From Narcine bancroftii (taxonomy: Eukaryota), in the NCBI RefSeq assembly GCF_036971445.1, contig NC_091482.1:60946001-61010000 (forward strand): 64,000 nt of DNA, given 5' to 3'. The position numbers and the translations under genes are program-made. How positions within the stretch are numbered: the stretch's first letter is position 1; every line of letters begins with the position of its first letter. Of this stretch, positions 10,601-23,035 are shown piece by piece. The notes below the pieces were generated by a model that was not told the DNA's origin, did not search any database, and worked only from the letters and a program-made list of their open reading frames with translations.

Positions 10601-13600
10601 AGCACCTATTAACACTCTGGTGCCTCTGAGGTGTCCTTTCTTCTAGAGGTACTGTCTTGCATGAACACCCCTAAGGGTGACAAGGGGCCAAAGATGTCGC
10701 AGTTGCAACATGTGCAGGAATCCCTGCTATGATGAAATGTAGCTTGATCCCACCCAACCTGTGGAGATACCACTGAAAGGCCACCACCCCCCACTCCTGA
10801 GCCTAACCCATGCAGGTTGGCCCCAATATCCTGATTTTTCTCCACTTCCCCTCAAATGCAAACAGTGAGAGGTAATCTTCTTTGATTCATCTTGGACAGA
10901 GATATAGCACTCTCGTCCGATAATGAAACACGTGCCTCCTCTCTTGGCTAGGAGAAAGTTAAGAGCCATCCATTTCTGTAAAACCATCTGTCATAATGCC
11001 ATCATTTCTTTAATGGTGGTTTTCATCTGGCCTTGGGCAACATCCATCTCCTTTGCAGAACTATTGGCCAATTTTTCTTGAGCTGCAGCCAGGTTGATAA
11101 TTTCCTTTTTTTTGAAAATTTTATTTATTAAATCATGATGAATTATTGCGTAAATTATGTTATCTTTTCCAATGGAATACAAGACCATCTCTGAATACTC
11201 AAATCAATCTCATTTTTCCAAGTAATTGCCAAACATTTTCTAGCCGCAGCTAAAGCCAATCTCAAAAAAACAATTTGAAATCTATTTAATTTCAATTCTA
11301 AATTAATTCTCTTAATATTACCCAACAAGAAATAGACTACAGTATATCAGGATCTAATAAAAATTTCACTTTCAAAGTTACTTCTAGAAATTCCTTGTTT
11401 ATTCCGAAAGGATTTCGCCGTCTCACATGGCCAAGTAGAATGTAGAAAAGAACCTTATGATATCTAAAACAAATCTGAAGAAATAAAATTATATTTCCTT
11501 AATTTTTCCAGAGTTAAATATAATTGATGAATAAAATTGTAATGAACCAATTCATACCTTACATTTACAATTTTAGTCATACTATCCTTGTATAGATAAT
11601 TTCCCTTGAATTGCAGGCTACCCCCATGTAGAGCTCGTCGAAAGAACCAAAGACTTGTTGATCCAAACCAAGGCTTTTATTAGCAAAAGACCGGAGCTCT
11701 TCACAGGTGGCCGACCAGTCCGGAATGATCCGACCTGGCTAGGGACACAACCCTTTAAGGCCCAAACAATAGGTGTGGCTTAGCTCTCAGCCAATCGCTG
11801 TAAGCACAGTCTAGATACAGTAACTATATACACTATGTACATTGGTGATAGATCTGTACTATCACACCCCACCAATGCCCTCTCCTTCCAGTGAGGGAAA
11901 GCTCCCATCCAAAAGCACTATGGCTCTGAGATCCCTCGTTCCTGCAGTGCAATGGAAGGATGGCGTCAGGGTCTCCACCATCTTTGTGTCTGGTACAAGG
12001 CAAGTCGAGAAGAAACTGCCCATCCACTTCCTGCTTCCTTGATGGGGCCCCACTGACTAGCTGTTTCCCCTGAAAGCCCTTTCCCCACAAACCCACTGAG
12101 TTACATTGAGGAGGTGTGGTGGTTCGACCATAATGTACTTGGCAGAAGTGCTATGACACAGAAAGCAAGTCCCCTTACCTTTGAAACTGCAGTAGCAGGT
12201 AGTATTTGCTGACTGGTCAGTTCGAACACTGACAGAGGGCCATTATGTCTGATCTCCTTGTCGGATGGCTTTCTTTACGGGAGGGTGAATATACCAACCA
12301 TCAAAGCAATGGCACCCACAGTCTCCATTCATATTATGGGGACAATTGGCTTCACTAGTGCCATTAGAAAATGCCCAGATTGACGGTAGCTCACTGCTGT
12401 TTAACGGGACCGTGGTTATGAGAAGCATTTTTGCCCATGGGGAGGAATCTCTACCCTCTCAGCATACGGATGAGTTAGCCCTCTCTCCGTAATCACAGTT
12501 AGTGACTAGAATCAATTTATTGTAATAAAACTGTCTTATCACACAAAATTGCTTTTGCTTGCTTTAAGGGAGACAGTTTTGCCATCAGCAGAAATTACCT
12601 GAAGCATCCCCTACAGTCAGAGAAAGAGAAGCAAAATAGATGATTTTCCCCCCCACCCCCGAGTCACTGAGTGTCTGTAGATTTGCCTCCAGCGCTTCCG
12701 CAGCCTTCACGACCACACAGAGCCACTTGGCGACCTGTGCTCCAGATCCAAACTGCCGACTCAGTCCGGAACCCTTCAGAGCCTTCGGCACCCCCTCGCA
12801 TCCCAATTCCAATACCTGGTACCCTTTTGGCCAGTTCGAGCCAGTCTCTAGCAGCCCGCAGCCTGGTGCGAGTCCTCTGGTAGCCGTCTCCAGCACCCCA
12901 CAGCCTCCATGGGTTCCTCACCTTGAGTCGCCAGCAGCCCATTGCATGTGTGGGTCTTTTAGCCAAAGAGCCCCCCCTCACTGGTCTGCTGAGGTCACCA
13001 CTCTATGGGTCAACTTTAAAATGACAAATTCCCATTCACAAATGAACCTGTTTGATGCGTCCCAGATGGGTCTATTTTAGAATTCCGAATTGGACAATGA
13101 CCAACGACACTTGGTAGGGTCCTCTCGAATTAGCTTCTTCCTCAGGTGGTTCTTCAGGAGAGCAAAGTCTCCTGGGAGGACTCTAGGTTCATCTTTTAGC
13201 TCCTCCTCTTCCTGGTGGCCTTCCTATCTTTACCTGTCAATGCCAAATCTTGAGAGTCTTGGTTAACGCTAGGATATGTCTACAATTTAATTGGAGATTA
13301 GATTAAGATCCATTTCAGGTGGCAAGGCAGCTTTCCAGGTTTCAATGGTCAACCATATATTATTAGTACTGCTGACAGACCATGTTTAGCCTGATGATGA
13401 GGCCTAATCTGGAACAAGGGTACTGGTAACACTTTGAGCCAATTTCTTGTCCCAGTTTGGCCAATTTGTTCTTCACCATTCCATTAGCTCTTTCAATCTG
13501 GTCTGTGGGGCAATGGAATTCTTTTTTGATACCCAGAGCTGGACATAGCTGGGTATTGATCTCACCCACAAAATAAGGGCCATTGTCAGATACAATGTGC

Positions 13601-16600
13601 TCTGGTATCCTGAATCTGGGCATGATTTCTTTCAAAAAGATGCGCGCCACAGTATCAGTTTTGTGGTGTGATAGGCTTCAATCCATTTATTAAAGACAAC
13701 AGGCATTACAATATAATGGTGCATATGCAGTAATTCAATAAAATCAAGTTGCATTGGACAAAAAGAGTATCTTGACCCCAGGTATGTCCCTTTGCTGGTG
13801 AGGTGCCTTTTCCTGCATTATGTTCTTGGCATATCAGACATCGTCTGGCCACATTTTCTGCTGTTCGTCCAAGGTCCAAGCTTCACCATGATTCTAAACA
13901 TTGCCTTACCATTCCCTCCTTGCCAAGGTGAGTATCGGTACGTACAAAATCTACAACGTAGCCCAGTATAGTTTCAAGCACTCAGATTGGACGGGCCACA
14001 GGTCCTCAGTCACAGAAGGGAGCATCCAGCTGATTTCAAATGGCTTTCTCCTTTTCTGAGGCATCCCTCTGTCAAATGCGCATATCCTCAAACGCAGGCA
14101 TATCGTTTGATTCAGAAACAGGGAACTTGGTTTTTCCCTAGCGATTTGTCATTTGGGTAACAATCAGTGTTCCGGTAAAGGCCACCTGTTACGCAATCAA
14201 GTCAGCTCTGTTGCTACTGTGGTCTATTTCAGTAGAACCTTTTGAGTGCATGGAAGATTTAATGATGGCAAATTGTGAAGGGAGGCAGATGTCTGATAAA
14301 ACGTTATCAATGTAAATTTTACTAGTGATGGGTGTACAAGAGGAGGTGACATTGCCCCTAGTTTTCCAGAGTTGGCTGAAGTCGTGGTGGCTCTCTCACT
14401 CCTTCCCCATAACCCCAGCAAAATGATTTTCACTCTGAGCTACATAGCTGTTTATTGAGGGAACTGATTTTGGTCCTAATGCCCCTACAGTCACTGGTTC
14501 CCTAGAACTATTCAGAATAAAGTCTTTTCTTGCATTACCCTTGTAGATTTCTAGGTAGGGCAGCACAGTTGGCATAGCGGTCAGCGCAACACCTGCACAG
14601 CGCCAATGATCAGGACCAGACCTGGGTTCAAATCCAGTGCTGTCTGTAAGGAGCTTCCACGTTCTTCCTGTTTCTCCGGGGGGCTCCGGTTTCCTCCTGC
14701 CCTTCAAAAATGTACCGGGGTAAAAAAAAACGTACCGGGGTGGAGGTTAATGGGGTGTAAATCGGGCGGCACGGACCCATTGGATATTTTGCTCTAAATT
14801 CAAAATCTGTGTCCCCGGCTCTTGATCCACCCACTAGTGGCAACATCTCGATCAAATCTGCTCAACCATCTTTGCTTAACTTCTCCAGTGCAACATTGTT
14901 GCTGAGCTCCACGATCCCTGGAACCAATCCTTCCTGCACCCAGTCCACATTGTGGATGGTAACAATTAAGACACAATAATAAGTTCTGTGATTCTGATAT
15001 CCTGCAACAATGGTGGGATTTATTGTGATTGCTCCAATCTCCCCCACCAACCTGTCACTGGCTCAATAATGAGAGCATGGTATGCGTTGCACATTGAGTG
15101 ACTAACTTTCTCCCTGTGTATTATAGAGGCACTGGCTGCGATGCTCAGTGTGGTCCTGATCTACGCTGTAACCATCGGGCTTGTTTATGAAGCTGTTCAG
15201 AGGACCATACACCAGGACTTTGAGATCCATGCAGACGTGATGATTATCATTGCAGCCATTGGAGTCGCCATTAACCTTGTGTAAGTCCAGAATTTGTTTT
15301 AAAAAGCTGCATTCAGTTGGTGGCGGCCGGCAGCGCGGTTGGCGCCACACTGTTAGAGAGCGCCAGGGACTGTAAGGAGTTTGTCTGTGTGGGTTTCCTC
15401 AGGAGCCTTCGGTTTCCTTCAACCCTTCAAAAATGTACTGGGCTTGTAGGTCAATTGGGTGTAATTGGGCAGCGTGGGCTTGTGGGGTGAAAGGGCCTGT
15501 TACCGTGCTATGTACTAAAAAGAAAATTATCTTCCTAATGTCACGGCAGACTTCGGCTGATGTAGCTGCAGTCAGTGATGCCTTTGCTCCCATTTACTGG
15601 GAACTTTCTCAGGATTCTTTGTAACTTCCAAAGGTCTGGATTGGCTGAAGATCACCACTGGCGCTGACTGTTACCCTCAGCTCCCAGGCAGTGCTGATGG
15701 GGAAATTGTGGGAAGAGGGTGCATGTGAGAAGGGTGCCCAGCAAGAAGAGAGTGTTGTCCAGGAGTGGGGGGGTGGGGAGGAATGTGCTCAGGGGAAAAT
15801 GGTGAGGAGTGCGCTGTAAGCTCTGTTCTGATCACTGACTCCTTACTACAGGGATTGCCCAAAGAAAAGCATTCCAATTCTGGAATCGCTCAATGAATTC
15901 CCCACATTTGGGAGGGTTAATTTTTGCCAAGTGTTGTGGTCTTTGGCTACTCCAGATGTTATAGAGTGACGAAGGGATTCGAGGTTGCTACAACTGTTTA
16001 TAACCTGCATGTTTTTAATTTAAATTTAACAGAATGGGATTTTTGCTGAAGCAGTCCACCCATTCCCATTCGCACTCTCCTTCAGAAAAGGCTGCAAGAG
16101 GAGCTCCTGGGAATGCTCTTGAACATGCTTCTAGTTCTGGGAATCTGGCTGTGCGAGCTGCTTTCATTCATGCCCTCGGAGACCTGGTGCAGAGTGTTGG
16201 TGTCCTGGTGGCAGCTTACATCATTCGTTTTAAAGTATGCATGCTCTTTTTTTTGCAAACTGCCTGGGTATAGTGGCGGTGGGTGGGTGGGGGGGGGGGG
16301 GGAGGTGGTATGCTGGTCCAATCCTGGATGTGCAGAGGGTAATGCTGATTTCATAAAAAGTGACAAGGCCAGTTGAGGAAGCTGAAATGTTATTCCTGGT
16401 GTTTCGGTAGGAATTGAGTCGATGATGTGCTTTTTTTTTTAACACCATAAATCACGTTGATGATGTGCTTCTTAAACGTGCTCTGCCACTTCTCAGGGTC
16501 AGGACTGATCTGCCAGTGTCATTGGGCAGATCAGCATCCTCCTCAGAGCCGTAGTTTTCAGAAATCTACCACTGTTATTTGCAATTCAAGCAACTGACGG

Positions 16601-19600
16601 ACTCCAGCAACCAGCAAAAAGATTGAGGAAAATAAATAGGTAAAAATCTCCTAAATTTAAAATCAGTACGCCCTGCAGTTAGTTTGCCAATCATGCAACA
16701 CAAAATCTCAATCAACTGGAAAAAATACTTAACTGGCATCTACCAATCCCCGTAAGTGCTGGATTCCTGCACTTTTATTGCATTAATTTTCAGGTTCAGT
16801 TTTGCTGGCAAGATCAGCATTTATCACCCAGTCTCAGTGTTTCAATGTTAAACAACCTCAAGAGAGGAGAATCCCACAGATACACTTCTCTAAGTGAAGA
16901 CTTTTCTCAATGGTCCACTCCTTGCTCCGAGACTGTGACCCTAGTCCAGATGCTCACCCAGTGAAACAATCTCCAGCCTTTCAAACCCAGAAAGATCAAT
17001 TCTCATTCTTTTGAATTCTGGCTAATGTGATCCCAGTTTTGTCAATCTCTCCTCATGTGAGAAATCACTCATCTCTCCAACAAGCCTAAATAGAGTGCCA
17101 CAGAAAGAATTGCTGCAGGGTAGAGTCTAGGCCCAAGATATGGACAAACCATCACTACCCATGGTTGCTATCCGATCCAAGTCATTCCAGCAGCTTGTCT
17201 GCTCTAGTCTGTAGCTCGGCGATCTAAAGACTGACCATTCCTGATATGTTTGAATCGAAAACACAATCCAGTTGCAGCAAGATCTTTGTCCTTTCCAATG
17301 TATAACTCTCCAACTAATCTGCCCACTGTCTGTATTTGGGGTAATTCATTGTAAAGGCATTACAGCACAAAAGTGAGTGGTTGGACCCATTCAAGGGAGT
17401 GCGGTTCATTGAACCACCTATCCAGGCTAATACTTGGAGTGATTCCCTCAGATCCACATGCACAAAATGGAGGATTCTTTACCTATTTGGTCTAAATCTT
17501 ACATGTTCGTAAGGTGCCCCAGACCCCAGGCATGACTGGAAGCTGACTGCTTCCTTTCCCTTCAGGAGATAAATATTTTGATTATAATACCCTTTAATTT
17601 TCTTTCTTTTTTTACTTTTTTTATTTTTCTCACTATGAACCATATTAATCAAAATACACACAAACATTTCCCTCTTGAATATACACAGTGTCATTTTCTC
17701 CCCTTTATCTCCCACCCCCCCCCCAAACCCCTTTAATTTTCAGTGGACTTTTTTTCAGTTCCCCGCTAATCCCTTACCCTCACCAAACCCCGGTTTGTAC
17801 TATTATGAGCTCCTGTTTTAGTTAAATGACAGGAGGAACTGAATGGTCACAGTTAACAGTTCAGACATGCACCATCACGAGTCACAGCCCAGCGACAATT
17901 TGATGCATTGGAAGAACTGAGGGAACTGTTCCAGAATTCGATACATTTGCAAAGACACTACAATTTTTCAAGGGAGAACCATTCTGGCCGCTGAGGAGAG
18001 CTGCAGCTTCTTGAAGCAGCTCTTGTGACAGCCATTTTTGTGGAATTCAGAGAAAAGTGTGCTCTGTGAATGTCTGGGGTTTTTCAGTGGATTGACCTGT
18101 GCCAGGAGGGTCTTTTTGGGAAGCAAAGTGCTTCATTTTGATTGTGTCTAACAGTGAAGGTCACTTGGAAAGACCACTTCGTTTTGAGTGTGACTAGCAG
18201 TGAAGGTCACTCGGAGAGTCCGGTGCCAGGATCTTGGAAGCTTCATGGAAGCAGCCCAGTTCAACTCCCACCTCCAAAAGGACCAGGAGTGTTATGACCA
18301 CAGCTCGTGTGGATGGAAATTTTTTCAAAGGCAGTGCAAGGAGAATTCGTGAGCCTGTAGCACCCACAACTCAAGTCTTCCTATCAATTCGACATTAACT
18401 CTGGGCATCAAATTTCAAAGGCCTTTGCTTCAACACTGAATTTAAAAGACTGAACTTTGAAGTAACTTTCTAGATTTTAGCCTAGACTGTAATGGTTTCG
18501 GTATAACACAAACACTGACACACACTAGACGCCTGTGCATAGCTGGGGATAGATTTAGTGTTAAGGATAGTTTAAAAGTTAAGACTATAATTTGAGTTAG
18601 AAATAAATTAGTGATTTAAAATTGAACACTGCTTCATTGCCTATTACTGCTTGTTACTTGGGATTTGTAATGGTACAGTGGTAGAAATTGCTGGCCAGAT
18701 ACACCCCAGGGGCTGTGCTCACCAGGGTGTGGAGTAATGTTGCAGGTGAGTAATTGATATGAGGTAAATGCACACTGCAGTAAAATGCTGATAACCTGGA
18801 AATCTCTGTGGCCGGGCACCTGGCTGACTGTGAGCTGGGATCTGATGTGTCTCAACGACTGAGATTTGACAAACAAACTTGCTGGGACCTTGCTTCCTTC
18901 TCTGCACCCTCCCCCACCTCAATGGGTCTTCTTGCCCCACTCTCTTCTCTTTCCCCCCCCCCACCTCACCAGGGCCCCATGCCCCACTCCTCCTGACCCC
19001 ACAGGACTCAACGTGCGTGTTAGCAGAGAGTAATGGGTATTGGGGAGTTTTACGGTGTCAGACATTGAACAGTTTTGGGTCTGTGAATGTTGTGTGGCCT
19101 TGAATTAGCCTCATAGTTCTGCTTTCTCCCTCATAGCCCGACTACAAGGTCGCTGATCCGATCTGCACCTACATCTTCTCCCTCCTCGTCGTGTTCACAA
19201 CGTTCCGGATAATGCGAGACACTGCTCTCATCTTTCTGGAAGGTATTGATTGGTTTATTTTTCCCATGAACCCAAACACTGTGCGAGGCTTAGTTTTGCG
19301 TGCTATTCAGGCAATCTAACTCGGGTAGCAGGTCATGGAATAACAAACACATGAGGAAGTGTAGAGAGGGCGGTAAAGTAATCAAATCGTGCAGGTAACA
19401 GAGGAAGGTGTGAAACCCATTCAAGAGTCTCATAATAGAAGGAAAGAAACTATCTCTGAGGCTGGAATCACATGCAGGGTGGGGGGGGGGTGCTGGGTAG
19501 GAGAGGGGAATATAACTGGGAAGGGATCGGATCTGCACAACAATGCTGCCACAAAACAACAAATCTCATGACGCATGTTCATGAAAATAAACCTGATCTG

Positions 19601-22600
19601 ATTTAGCATCTCTCCTGAGTCGGTGTGACGGAGTTGGTGGAGGGAAGGTTGGTCTGAGCTCCATGTCCCAGTCTCTGCAGCTTCCTGGCCATGCCATATT
19701 TCCTCACCCAGTTGTGTCTGGCGTGCTTTCATTGTTGTAACATCAGAATGGTTCGACCAGGACAGGTTTGTTAGGGGTGAGGCGTGCTGGACTTCAGGCT
19801 CCTGTACTTTCTGCTTGAAGGGAGCAATGAGAAGAGGTTGTGGTCAATGTGGTCGCAATCCTCCTCGAGGTAGCGCCTCACATCGATACCTTCAACGGAT
19901 GGGAGGTTGGTGCCTGTGAGGGACGATGTTCAGTTTGCCACTCTGTTTCCAAACAGCCTGGGATGCAACCTGTCTGCATACTTCTCACACTTTACCTGCC
20001 GAAATTCAGTTGAGTATTCAATGAGTGCTGACCTTCCAAAGACTGAGAAAGTAGGAAACTCTCTGCTATCTTCACCTCAGCACCACTGATAGACACAGTG
20101 CACTCTCACTGTTTCCTTCATTTTGCTGACACCATTGCACCAGACTCTCTCTCCCCTTCCTCTTCCCTGTCTTGTTGTTTGAGATCCGGCCTACAACTGT
20201 GGTGTCATCTGCAGGCCTGGAGATGGTTAGGAGTCGTGTACAGCACTCAGCTGGGAGTCTATAGGTGCTGGGCTCAGGAATGTCATGGAGTTACAAATTT
20301 CAGCGCACATTTTTTCGTTAACAAGATGGTGCGCATGAGGCTGGTAAAAAGCCCATGGTGTTACAGAAAAAATACTAGCATGGATGGAAAATTTGCTGAC
20401 TTGCAGAGGGCAAAGAGTGGGGAGAAAGGAGGCCTCCTAGCTGGCTGCCAGTGACTAGTGATGCTCCACAGGAGTCAGTGTCAGTGCCATTTTTCACACT
20501 GTCACTGATTTGGATGATGGAATTGATGGCTTTGCAAGTTAAGTGCAGCACTTCTTGCAGTCACAGGGGTACGTACCAAGAGGAGGATTGGTGGGAAGGG
20601 ACGAATGGACAGGGGAGTCCTGGAGGGAGTGGTCCCCGCAGAGTGGGAAGGGATGTCATCTTGCAAGTCCAGTGCATCTGCAATGAGTTCTGAACAACTC
20701 TGCAGCTCCTCACTTTCCAGTCAGGAAAATGCGTACTAGTAGCAGATCAGAGTGGAGTGGGGAATCTTCCCCATCCACACAGTCCGTCTAGTTCATTGCC
20801 TCGCCCTTGCCCACATGTCCCCTCCACAAAACCCACCAGTCTGGTCAGCTCTCAACTAACTGGGTTAAAAGAGGGAAAACAAACACTAGGTTTGCCAGCA
20901 GTGTCCATGTTCCAGGAGCAATTTAATCAGACGTGGCAGTGACTTGCCGACTCTCTAAGATCTGGTGTCTATGTGGGTACAGCTGATTTGGGGTGGGGGG
21001 GTGGGGTGGGTGTCACCTGAGCTCCTCTTCCTACTCCTGAACTTTTCCTCAGCCTGATTGTGTGAGCAGAAAGGGGGTCTTCCTGGGGTGTACGCTTGAT
21101 TTCTCAGGGACCCTGTTGCACCCTACCCCTCGGGGTTCAGAGACCAGCTGCTGTGAGATTCAGAGTGGTAGTTTGAGGCATACTTGGGCCTTTTCCCCGG
21201 CAGTGCACTCTGCAACTCGCCTCTCTCCCAGGCAGGTCGTGGTAGAAAAACGATGCAGTCTGAGCACCCTCCAGCCAGACGGCTTTAACGTCAACTTCTT
21301 TGCTTTCTGTGTGTCCTGCTGAGGACCTCCTGCTCCACTCTTTCTGGTCTTTTGTATCCCTAGGCACTCCAGAACATCTTAATGTGCATCACATACGGGA
21401 CTCTCTGCTAAAGATTGAAGATGTCCATTCTGTTCAGGATCTGAATGTGTGGTCTCTGACTATGGGCAGGACTGCAGCTATTGTGCATTTAAGACTGAGT
21501 AAGTAGTTTACACGTTTATCTCACCACTGGGTGGAGCCCCTGAGTTGGCTGGGACAAAGCCTCTTGCTGCACTAATTCCTTTGGCCTTGAACAGTAACCT
21601 GGGCCTCGCACACAGTGCTGGTCAACATCCTTTATTACACGTACAGGAAGAATGTGGAAGCAGTGAGATACAACACAGGAGCAGAAATAAGCCATTCAGC
21701 CCATCGAGTCTGCCCTGCCATTTAATCATGAGCTGATCCATTTTCCCACTCAGCACCAATGCCCAGCCTTCTCCCTAGAACCTTTGATGCCTTGGCTAAT
21801 CAAGAACCCATCAATCTCTGCCTTTAATACACCCAATGACCTGGCCTCCAAATCTCCTGTGGCAACAAATTCCACAGATTTACCACCCTCTGGCTGAAGA
21901 AATTTCTCCGCATTTCTGTTCTAAGCGAATGCCCTTTAATCCTGAAGTTAAGCCCTCTTCTCCTGGAATCTCTCACCATGGGAATCAACCTTTCTACATT
22001 TATACTGTCCCAGCCTTTCAACATTCAAAACATTTCAATGAGACCCCTCCTCATTCTCCTAAATTCCAAAGGGTATGGATGAAGAGCTGTCAAATGATAA
22101 TCCTTTTATTCACAGAATCATCCTCGTGAACCTACTCTGAACCCTCTCCAACATCAGCACATCCTATCTTAAATGAGGATTGCACAACTGCTCATAATAC
22201 TCCCAGTGAGGTCTCACCAGTGCCTTAACATCACACTCCTGCTCTGAAGGATGTAGTGCCTGGAATGGAAGGAGAGTTGTAGTTACAAGGAGAGACTGAG
22301 TAGGCCAGGTTTATTCACACAGAACCTTGGAGGGTTTCTAAAATGATGGACATGGATAGAGTAGATAGCCAGAAACTCTTCCCCAGGACAGCAGGGGAGT
22401 CTAGAATTGGAGGGCATGGGTTTGAGGTGAGAAAGAGGAAATGTAAAGGAGATCAGAGGGATGTTTTCCAAAGAGGATGGTGGGTTGTGGAATGAGCTGG
22501 TAGAGGTGAGGACAATTACAGAGCTTAAAAAGCATTTGGCTAGGTCCATGGAGGATGCAGCCTAATGTCGTGCAGTTAGATATTGTGGCAAGGACAAGAT

Positions 22601-23035
22601 GGGTAGAAGGGCTGTTTCTGTGCTGTTTTATTCTATGATTGAGAATTGTTCTAAAGCTGGGAAACTGCTTGATGTTGAGGATAAGCCTTTCCACCACTAG
22701 GTGTCCTCTTCACCTTGTCAGTACAACCAGCTGCCTGGTTTATTGCTGAAGACCAGCATCTGGCTGTCAAAATCACACATCCACTGAGGGACTAGCCCGT
22801 ATCTCTCTGATGCTTAATGATTTTATTGCAGCATCCTCCTTTAAAGCCCTTCTGCTTGGTTTTGATTCGTGTCTGTTCAGTTCCAGAGAGCATCTCCCGA
22901 TGGGAAGATGTCCAGTCTAAGGCTCGACGCCTCCTGATCCATTCCTATGGCGTGCACCAGTGTACGGTGCAGCTGCAAGTCTACAAGGAGCCGTCAACCA
23001 ATGCTTGCACCAAGTGTGGGTGCTTGGATGATTAG
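7246..23035 (+). CDS. SLC30A4: Zinc transporter ZnT4 (CDF family), 7 coding exons, 442 aa: join(7246..7675,8224..8370,15127..15280,16033..16234,19137..19242,21364..21498,22881..23035)
   Basis: GT-AG exons sum to 1329 nt in frame. CDF signature [14 protein letters not shown]...FTFGWHRFE, His loop HSHSHS, TM5 [28 protein letters not shown]-terminal DLNVWSLT. Neighbours C15orf48 and SPATA5L1 match the human SLC30A4 locus. Confidence 0.95.
8224..8370 (+). CDS. SLC30A4: SLC30A4 exon (TM2, HxxxD zinc ligands)
   Basis: CAG|GAGGATGG...[22 protein letters not shown]...FTFGWHRF|GTATGT, 147 nt. Confidence 0.95.
8670..9260 (-). pseudogene. RPL9: Processed pseudogene of 60S ribosomal protein L9 (uL6), ATG at 9236
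   Basis: Intronless MKTILSNQ...[21 protein letters not shown]...[13 protein letters not shown]...[14 protein letters not shown]...[21 protein letters not shown]; small deletions, 3' frameshifts, pyrimidine-rich TOP-like 5' end. Confidence 0.92.
11106..11594 (-). mobile_element. L1 ORF2 3' fragment inserted in ERV env
   Basis: TSD GATAATTTCC at 11096-11105 and 11595-11604; A-tail; L1-like C-terminal remnants. Confidence 0.8.
11627..11866 (-). mobile_element. Solo LTR (240 bp) inserted in ERV env
   Basis: TGT...ACA termini, 5-bp TSD CCCCA at 11622-11626 and 11867-11871, AATAAA on the minus strand. Confidence 0.85.
14558..14790 (+). mobile_element. tRNA-derived SINE
   Basis: A-box-like TGGCATAGCGG, B box GGTTCAAATCC, core GGGGCTCCGGTTTCCTCC; related copies at 15320-15516 and 59482-59727. 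Confidence 0.75.
15127..15280 (+). CDS. SLC30A4: SLC30A4 exon (TM3-TM4)
   Basis: [54 protein letters not shown] acceptor, GTAAGT donor, 154 nt. Confidence 0.95.
15320..15516 (+). mobile_element. tRNA-derived SINE, internally deleted
   Basis: Shares TGTAAGGAGTTTG...GGTTTCC core with 14558-14790. Confidence 0.65.
16033..16234 (+). CDS. SLC30A4: SLC30A4 exon (His loop, TM5)
   Basis: [15 protein letters not shown]...[31 protein letters not shown]|GTATGC, 202 nt. Confidence 0.95.
17603..17728 (-). mobile_element. Short L1 3' end
   Basis: TSD CCCTTTAATTTTC at 17590-17602 and 17729-17741; similar to the L1 3'UTR at 46970-47086. Confidence 0.7.
19137..19242 (+). CDS. SLC30A4: SLC30A4 exon (TM6)
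   Basis: [35 protein letters not shown], 106 nt, AG/GT. Confidence 0.95.
21364..21498 (+). CDS. SLC30A4: SLC30A4 exon (C-terminal domain)
   Basis: [45 protein letters not shown]|GTAAGT, 135 nt. Confidence 0.95.
21680..22640. mobile_element. Two opposed CR1 LINE 3' fragments
   Basis: Minus strand [22 protein letters not shown] (CR1 ORF2 C-terminus); plus-strand counterpart 22250-22640. Confidence 0.75.
22881..23035 (+). CDS. SLC30A4: SLC30A4 last coding exon
   Basis: [32 protein letters not shown]...[12 protein letters not shown] acceptor, TAG stop. Confidence 0.92.

Larger units (their letters stand above)
10620..14557 (-). mobile_element. Decayed endogenous retrovirus (class I, gamma/epsilon-like): protease-like, RNase H, integrase and env remnants; RT apparently deleted
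   Basis: Integrase core [22 protein letters not shown]...[14 protein letters not shown] (13363-13650); env TM with ISD-like [28 protein letters not shown] (10860-10990); stops and frameshifts. Confidence 0.85.

Noticed and set aside
17795-18700. Possible long solo LTR (internal duplication, AATAAA near 18602)
   Set aside because: Could not define TG...CA ends or a TSD by eye.
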